From NCBI GenBank assembly GCA_038915815.1, contig JBCLCL010000005.1, forward strand, positions 3,955 through 67,954: a stretch of DNA of 64,000 nucleotides, in the 5' to 3' direction. The DNA comes from Candidatus Limnocylindrales bacterium. GTDB lineage: Bacteria > Chloroflexota > Limnocylindria > Limnocylindrales > CSP1-4. Position numbers and translations under genes: made by a program. Shown piece by piece: positions 58,744-64,000 of the stretch. The notes beneath the pieces are model-generated. The model was not told the DNA's origin. It did no database searches and saw only the letters and a program-made list of their open reading frames with translations. The first letter of the stretch is position 1; each line of letters starts with the position of its first letter.

Positions 58744-59282
58744 GCCCGGACCGCCGGCTCATGGATGGCCGTGTCGGGATGCGCGACACGCCGGCGGGCG
58801 GCAGGCCGCCGGGCGGTCAAGCCCACCGCCGGACCGTCGACCGGGGCCGGGTCGATCGGCGATCCATCGGCCGCGTCCGCGGCCACGAGCTCCGGGAAGC
58901 CGTGCGGCGACGCGACCTGGCCGAGCGTTCCGGACAGCCCGTCGGCCAGCGCGAGCCGGCCGTACTTGAGCATCAGGGCGCGGAAGTCGCGGGCGTAGAA
59001 CAGCTTGACGTTCAGATCGGGATAGAGCTCGCGCAGTCGGCGCAGCTTCCGGTTCTTCTTGCGGACCAGCTTCTGACGGAGGGTCGTCATCTCCAGGTAG
59101 AGGTCGAGATCGGGCAGGAAGAAGTCCGGGGCGAAGCTCTCGATCACGTCGCCGTGGACGTTCCACAGGATCGGGAAGGTGTGCGGTTCGTATTCCCAGC
59201 GGACCGCGTAGAAGTCCAGGATCCGGGCCATCTCCGCTTCGCTGGCGTGGGCGAAGGGGACCGTCACCAGCCGGCGATCCAT
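58740..59282 (-). CDS. Hypothetical protein (180 aa), translationally coupled to hpt
   Basis: MDRRLVTVPFAHASEAEMARILDFYAVRWEYEPHTFPILWNVHGDVIESFAPDFFLPDLDLYLEMTTLRQKLVRKKNRKLRRLRELYPDLNVKLF.., followed by a disordered tail. Protein-like, but no family recognised. Confidence 0.6.
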   Translation of the reverse strand: MDRRLVTVPFAHASEAEMARILDFYAVRWEYEPHTFPILWNVHGDVIESFAPDFFLPDLDLYLEMTTLRQKLVRKKNRKLRRLRELYPDLNVKLFYARDFRALMLKYGRLALADGLSGTLGQVASPHGFPELVAADAADGSPIDPAPVDGPAVGLTARRPAARRRVAHPDTAIHEPAVRA

Positions 59283-59394
59283 CCGCAGGCGGTGCGTCGA
59301 GCGCCGACTTGAAGCGGGCGAGGATGATCGCGAGGAGCCATCGGTCGCCAGTCTACCGGAGCCGGGCCGGTCGTGGCGTGGCCCCGAGACAAAC

Positions 59395-59413
59395 GATACC
59401 CCTGGGGAGTATC
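59395..59413. promoter_or_regulatory. CsoR-type operator (GC-rich pseudo-palindrome)
   Basis: GATACCCCTGGGGAGTATC lies immediately upstream of the csoR ORF. Its arms GATAC / GTATC flank a CCCC..GGGG core, like the TACCC..GGGTA operators I recall for CsoR regulators. Confidence 0.6.
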
Positions 59414-59824
59414 ATGCGTCGCACGGCGCCAACTGCCGGCGCCCGGCCACGAGGATCTCGACCGCCGATGAGCCCGACCGAGGGGCGCCGTCCGGTTGCC
59501 CCACCCGACCCCAGCCATTTCCGCCACAGCTACTCGAAGGACAAGACCCAGCTGGTCCGCCGCCTGTCGCGGATGGAGGGTCAGGTCCGCGGGATCGCCC
59601 GGATGATCGAGCGGGAGGAGTACTGCGTCGACATCCTCCAGCAGACCGCGGCCCTCCGCGCCGCCGTGGACTCACTCTCGATCCTGGTCCTGGAGGACCA
59701 CGTGGGCGGCTGCGTCCGCACCGCCGCCGAGCACGGCAATGCCGAGCAGTACATCGACGAAGTCATCGACGTGGTGCGTCGAACCCTTGGTCGGCCGGTT
59801 CGCAGCGGCGGGCGAACGGGCTGA
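59414..59824 (+). CDS. csoR: CsoR-family copper-sensing transcriptional repressor
   Basis: KTQLVRRLSRMEGQVRGIARMIEREEYCVDILQQTAALRAAVDSLSILVLEDHVGGC contains the C..H-x3-C copper ligand pattern. The start could instead be the ATG at 59468. Confidence 0.85.
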   Translation: MRRTAPTAGARPRGSRPPMSPTEGRRPVAPPDPSHFRHSYSKDKTQLVRRLSRMEGQVRGIARMIEREEYCVDILQQTAALRAAVDSLSILVLEDHVGGCVRTAAEHGNAEQYIDEVIDVVRRTLGRPVRSGGRTG

Positions 59825-60054
59825 CCGCCCGACCGGTTATCCACGAATCGTGGGCTACGCCGCAGTTGGTGGACAAACACCGTTGACGCCGGGCGCCCCG
59901 GCCCTCTACCGTCCGGCATCCGCACTGGGGCCGACCCGAGGGTAACTCGGTCCGCGAGGGGTACGGGGAGACCCGGCCACGAACCGGACGGATCGGGGAA
60001 GACCGAGGCCGAGCCTGCGGTGCGAGACGATGCCGACGCCGGGAGCGGCGCCGC

Positions 60055-60864
60055 GTGGACGGACGGCATGCGAACCCATGGAGGCGTGCCGTGGAAGTAC
60101 CGCGTGAGCCGCTCCCGACGCGCGTCGCGGAAACCCCGCCACTTCCGCCGGCCTTTGACGACGCGCTCGAGGCCGGGCTGGCGACCCTCGGTCTGACCCT
60201 GACCCCCGATGCCCGCGCCGTGATCGACGGACACGCCCGCCTGCTCCTGGCCTGGACCAGCGCGATCAACCTGACGGCGATCCGCGACCCTGCAGCGGTC
60301 GCCCTCGCCCATGTCGTGGACAGCCTGACCGCGCTGGCAGTGCTGCGTGAGCGGGGTCTGGATCGGTTCGTGGACCTCGGGTCGGGCGGTGGCTATCCGG
60401 GCATCCCGATCGCCGCGGCGCTGCCGGCCGCACGCGCCCTGCTGGTGGAGCCGATCCGCAAGAAGGCGAACTTCCTGTCGGTCGTGACGGCTGCGACGGG
60501 CCTCGGATCGACGGTCGAAGCCGCCCCGATCCGGGTGGAAGCGCTGGCGTCCGACTCCCGGCACCGCGGCCGCTGGCCGGCCGTCGTCGCCCGAGCCGTG
60601 GCAAGCCTGGGTGAACTCGCCGAGCTCGCCGTCCCGCTGCTTGCGCCGGGCGGGATCCTGATCGCCTGGAAGCGCGGCGAGATCGGCCGGGAGTGGTCCG
60701 GCGCGGAGCGAGCTGTGGCCGCGCTGGGCGGCGGCACGCTGGAACGACTGGCCGTCGAGGTCCCGGGCCTGGAGGGGCACGTCCTGGTCGTGCTGACCGC
60801 TCGCGGGCGCGCGTCGGACGCCTATCCGCGCGATCCCGGGATCCGCCGACGCGGACCGTGGTGA
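60055..60864 (+). CDS. rsmG: 16S rRNA (guanine527-N7)-methyltransferase
   Basis: LLLAWTSAINLTAIRDPAAVALAHVVDSLTAL..FVDLGSGGGYPGIPIAAALP..LLVEPIRKKANFL. GTG start, uncertain. Confidence 0.85.
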   Translation: MDGRHANPWRRAVEVPREPLPTRVAETPPLPPAFDDALEAGLATLGLTLTPDARAVIDGHARLLLAWTSAINLTAIRDPAAVALAHVVDSLTALAVLRERGLDRFVDLGSGGGYPGIPIAAALPAARALLVEPIRKKANFLSVVTAATGLGSTVEAAPIRVEALASDSRHRGRWPAVVARAVASLGELAELAVPLLAPGGILIAWKRGEIGREWSGAERAVAALGGGTLERLAVEVPGLEGHVLVVLTARGRASDAYPRDPGIRRRGPW

Positions 60865-60890
60865 ACGGGCGGCTGGTAGATTGGTCGTCC

Positions 60891-61613
60891 ATGCGGATCG
60901 CGGTGATCTCGGACGTCCATGCCAACCTGCACGCCCTGGACGCCGTCCTCGACCAGGTCGGCGCGGTGGATGCCCTCTGGCATCTCGGCGACGTCGTGGG
61001 CTACGGCCCGGAACCCGATGCGGTCGTTGACCGGCTGGCATCGGCCGGGGCGATCGGGGTGCGCGGCAACCACGACCTGGCGGCCACGGGCGGCAGCGAG
61101 ATCGACTGGTTCAACGCCGACGCTCGAGCGGCCATGGAGTGGACCCGCCGGGTGATCTCCCCATCCACCGTCGCGTGGCTGGCCGCGCTGCCCGAGCGAC
61201 GAGAGGAGGGCGAGTTCACACTGGTCCATGGCAGCCCGCTCGATCCGACCTGGGAGTACGTGACGACGGCTGCGTCGGCCCGCGCCAACATCGCGGCCAT
61301 CTCCACGACACATGGGCTCAACGGGCATACCCACGTGCCGCTGGCGTTCGTGCTGGACGGCGCTCGGATGAGTTGGACCATGCCTGGGACGGGTCCGCCC
61401 CCGGAGCTCGACGGCCACCGGTTGCTGCTCAATCCCGGCAGCGTCGGCCAGCCGCGCGACGGCGATCCGCGGGCCGGCTATCTGATCCTCGACCTGGCCG
61501 CGCGACGCGCCGAGTGGGGCCGCGTCCCCTACGACATCGAGGCCGTCCGTGCCCGGATGCGGGCCGTCGGCCTGCCGAGACGTCTTGGTGACAGGCTGCT
61601 CCATGGGCACTGA
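60891..61613 (+). CDS. Metallophosphoesterase-family protein (YfcE/MJ0936-like)
   Basis: MRIAVISDVHANLHALDAVL..WHLGDVVGYGPEP..VRGNHD..LVHGSP..GHTHVP. Confidence 0.88.
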   Translation: MRIAVISDVHANLHALDAVLDQVGAVDALWHLGDVVGYGPEPDAVVDRLASAGAIGVRGNHDLAATGGSEIDWFNADARAAMEWTRRVISPSTVAWLAALPERREEGEFTLVHGSPLDPTWEYVTTAASARANIAAISTTHGLNGHTHVPLAFVLDGARMSWTMPGTGPPPELDGHRLLLNPGSVGQPRDGDPRAGYLILDLAARRAEWGRVPYDIEAVRARMRAVGLPRRLGDRLLHGH

Positions 61614-61622
61614 GGGTCGGAC

Positions 61623-63632
61623 GTGATCGGCGGCAGGCGCCCCCTGCAGGGGCGGAAACCCGGAGACCGCCGGGTTCGCCTCGAGCGCCCCCACGCCCCC
61701 TACTTCCGCTACACCGGTCGCGGCCAGCTGACCGCGCGCGAGGCGGCCAGCGGGGCGACGACCCCGGCCGGGCGGATCTGGAAGTCGATCCGTGGCTTCT
61801 TCGTCGGCCGCCCCCTGATGAGCGACGACGAGCTGGGCGAGCGCCTCTCGAAGAAGAAGGCGCTGGCGATCTTCAGCTCGGATGCGATCAGCTCGTCGGC
61901 CTACGCAACGGAGGAGATCCTGCGGGTCCTGATCCTGGCCGGCGCGGCCGCGATGGCCTTCGGCCTCGAGATCAGCATCGCCATCGCCGTCCTGCTCATC
62001 GCGGTCGCGATCAGCTACCGCCAGATCTGCATCGCCTACCCGGGGGGCGGCGGTTCGTACTCGGTCTCGCGGCGGAACATCGGACGGAAGGTCTCCCTGG
62101 TGGCGGCGTCCGCCCTGATGATCGATTACGTCATGACCGTGGCGGTCTCCACCTCGTCGGCGGTCGAACAGATCACGTCGGCCTTCCCGATCCTGTTCGA
62201 CGAGCGGGTACTGATCGGGGTGATCGCCATCGGCCTGATCACATTGGGGAACCTGCGCGGACTGCGTGAGGCCGGCAACATCTTCGCCGTCCCGACCTAC
62301 CTGTTCGTCGGGTCTGCGCTGCTGATGATCGGGGTAGGGACGTTCCGGATCGTGGTCCTGGGAGAAGGGGCGACCTACGGCCCGGAGCTCCGCGACCAGG
62401 TCACCGGGACGATCCAGCCGCTCACCGCGATCCTTCTCCTGCGCGCGTTCGCCGCAGGTGCCGTGGCCTTGACCGGCACCGAGGCGATCGCCACCGGAGT
62501 ACCGGCGTTCCAGCCACCGGAGGCGAGGAACGCCGCCACGACACTCGGGGTGATGGCCGTCCTGCTCGGTGTCCTGTTCGTCGGGATGACCTTCCTGGCG
62601 GTCAACTTCGGCATCGGCCCGACGACGCTGCCCGAGAAGCAGACGGTCATCTCCCAGGTGGCCCGCCAGGTCTATGGCGACGGGATCCCGTTCTACCTGT
62701 TCCAGGCCTTCACCGCGCTGCTCCTCTTCCTGGCGGCCAACACCAGCTTCAACGCGTTCCCGCGCCTGCTGGCCATCCTGGCCGCCGATGGCCACATGCC
62801 GCGCCAGTTCGGACTGCGCGGGGACCGTCTTGCCTACTCGTACGGGGTCGCCGTGCTGGCCAGCCTGGCTGCCGCGCTCATCGTCATCTTCCGCGGAGAG
62901 ACGCACCTGCTGATCCCGCTCTACGCCGTCGGCGTGTTCATCGACTTCACGATCAGCCAGAGCGGGATGATCCGCCACTGGCTGCGTGAACGGTCGCCCG
63001 GCTGGCGCAGGCGGCTCTCGATCAATGCGTTCGGCGCCGTCCTGACCGCGACCGTGGCGGTCATCGTCACCGCGGTCAAGTTCTTCGACGGCGCCTGGCT
63101 GGTCCTGGCGCTGATCCCCACGCTGGTCGGGCTGATGGCGTTCATCCGCCGCCAATACGACCTCCAGGAAGCGGAACTCCGGGTTCGCGATGAGGGCCTG
63201 CTGCCGGGGCCGCACCGCGAGCAGCGCGTGATCATCCCGGTCAACGGGATCAATCGCGCCGTCGTCCAGGCGGTCAACTTCGGGCGAGCCCTGACTCGCG
63301 ACCTGCGGGCCGTCTACGTGACCGACGATCTGGAGATGGCCGACGCACTTCGAGCCCGCTGGGAGCGGCAGCTGCCGGACGTTCCGCTGGTCATCGTCGA
63401 GTCACCGTTCCGGGCGGTCATCTCGCCGGTCGTCGCCTACCTGGACATCCTGGACCAGGCCTGGCCCCCGGACAAGGAAGCCCCGCTGACCATCGTGGTG
63501 CTGCCGGAGTATGTCGCTCGCCACTGGTGGGACCGATTGCTGTATAACCAGACCGCCAAGCGGCTGAAGTCGGCACTCGTCGGACGCGAGCACACGATCA
63601 TCGCCGACGTGCCCTACCGACGGGACCATTGA
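61623..63632 (+). CDS. APC-superfamily permease with a cytoplasmic C-terminal domain
   Basis: 669 aa. LSKKKALAIFSSDAISSSAYATEEILRVL followed by about 12 TM segments and a soluble C-terminus of about 170 aa. Confidence 0.8.
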   Translation: MIGGRRPLQGRKPGDRRVRLERPHAPYFRYTGRGQLTAREAASGATTPAGRIWKSIRGFFVGRPLMSDDELGERLSKKKALAIFSSDAISSSAYATEEILRVLILAGAAAMAFGLEISIAIAVLLIAVAISYRQICIAYPGGGGSYSVSRRNIGRKVSLVAASALMIDYVMTVAVSTSSAVEQITSAFPILFDERVLIGVIAIGLITLGNLRGLREAGNIFAVPTYLFVGSALLMIGVGTFRIVVLGEGATYGPELRDQVTGTIQPLTAILLLRAFAAGAVALTGTEAIATGVPAFQPPEARNAATTLGVMAVLLGVLFVGMTFLAVNFGIGPTTLPEKQTVISQVARQVYGDGIPFYLFQAFTALLLFLAANTSFNAFPRLLAILAADGHMPRQFGLRGDRLAYSYGVAVLASLAAALIVIFRGETHLLIPLYAVGVFIDFTISQSGMIRHWLRERSPGWRRRLSINAFGAVLTATVAVIVTAVKFFDGAWLVLALIPTLVGLMAFIRRQYDLQEAELRVRDEGLLPGPHREQRVIIPVNGINRAVVQAVNFGRALTRDLRAVYVTDDLEMADALRARWERQLPDVPLVIVESPFRAVISPVVAYLDILDQAWPPDKEAPLTIVVLPEYVARHWWDRLLYNQTAKRLKSALVGREHTIIADVPYRRDH

Positions 63633-63672
63633 ACGTCACCGCCCCTCGTCGAGTCGGCAGATCGGAGTCTCG

Positions 63673-64000
63673 TTGATCGGAGGAAGGCGGCCGTTGCAGG
63701 GCCGCAAACCGGCGGACCGCCGTGTGCGTGTCGAGCGTCCGCATGCGCCCTTCTTCCGTTACACCGGACCCGGCCAGCTCACCGCCAAGGCCGCCGCCAA
63801 CGTGGCCCTGACACCGGCTGAGCGATGGCTCGGTCGCGTCCGTGCGTCCGTCTTCGGCCGGCCGTTGTCCACCGTGGAAGAGATCGGCGAGCGGCTCTCC
63901 AAGAAGAAGGCGATGGCCATCTTCAGCTCGGACGCGATCAGCTCCTCGGCCTACGCGACCGAGGAGATCCTGCGGGTCCTCCTGCTGGCGGGGGTGGGCG
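63673..64000 (+). CDS. Second APC-superfamily permease, tandem paralog (3' end off-window)
   Basis: The TTG at 63673 gives LIGGRRPLQGRKPADRRVRVERPHAPFFRYTGPGQLTA..LSKKKAMAIFSSDAISSSAYATEEILRVL, nearly collinear with the N-terminus of the preceding gene. Confidence 0.75.
   Translation, partial: MIGGRRPLQGRKPADRRVRVERPHAPFFRYTGPGQLTAKAAANVALTPAERWLGRVRASVFGRPLSTVEEIGERLSKKKAMAIFSSDAISSSAYATEEILRVLLLAGVG

Noticed and set aside
59867-59878. DnaA-box-like GGTGGACAA near rsmG as a hint of oriC
   Set aside because: It is a single imperfect box. No cluster of boxes, AT-rich unwinding element, or dnaA/dnaN/parAB genes are present in the window.

Overview
Very GC-rich window (about 70% by eye), densely coded, with strong GGAGG-type ribosome binding sites. 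It looks like an Actinomycetota- or Chloroflexota-like soil chromosome or MAG. I found no rRNA, tRNA or CRISPR array. Contents, left to right: (1) a degenerate IS481-like insertion sequence with 19-bp inverted repeats, inserted into a VOC-like gene. (2) An SNF2 helicase and SWIM zinc-finger gene pair. (3) A co-directional cluster: ADP-forming acyl-CoA synthetase, a translationally coupled Kal/Acl-like hotdog protein, and three tandem FAD-GcvT (dimethylglycine/sarcosine dehydrogenase-like) paralogs. A formate/nitrite transporter gene carrying an in-frame TAG follows it. (4) A xylose locus (xylA, xylB, xylFGH-like ABC transporter, ROK regulator). Its promoter/operator block is duplicated in front of an SDR plus Gfo/Idh/MocA pair. 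(5) A PAP2/vanadium-haloperoxidase-like lipoprotein and an FG-GAP/ASPIC-UnbV protein. (6) M24-like, SDR and DapA-like genes. (7) An eight-gene, tightly packed minus-strand array: three unknown small proteins, a thioesterase, an enolase-superfamily enzyme, a PAS-GAF-GAF-GGDEF sensor and an ABC-2 exporter. (8) acyP, holB, and an NYN-domain protein with a roughly 480-aa repeat-rich basic tail. (9) Liv-type and polar amino-acid ABC systems. (10) hpt, csoR with its operator, rsmG, a metallophosphoesterase, and two tandem APC permeases. Several genes are broken by indels at short homopolymer or simple-repeat runs, so they could be real pseudogenes or assembly errors. All family calls rest on motifs recognised by eye; no searches were run.
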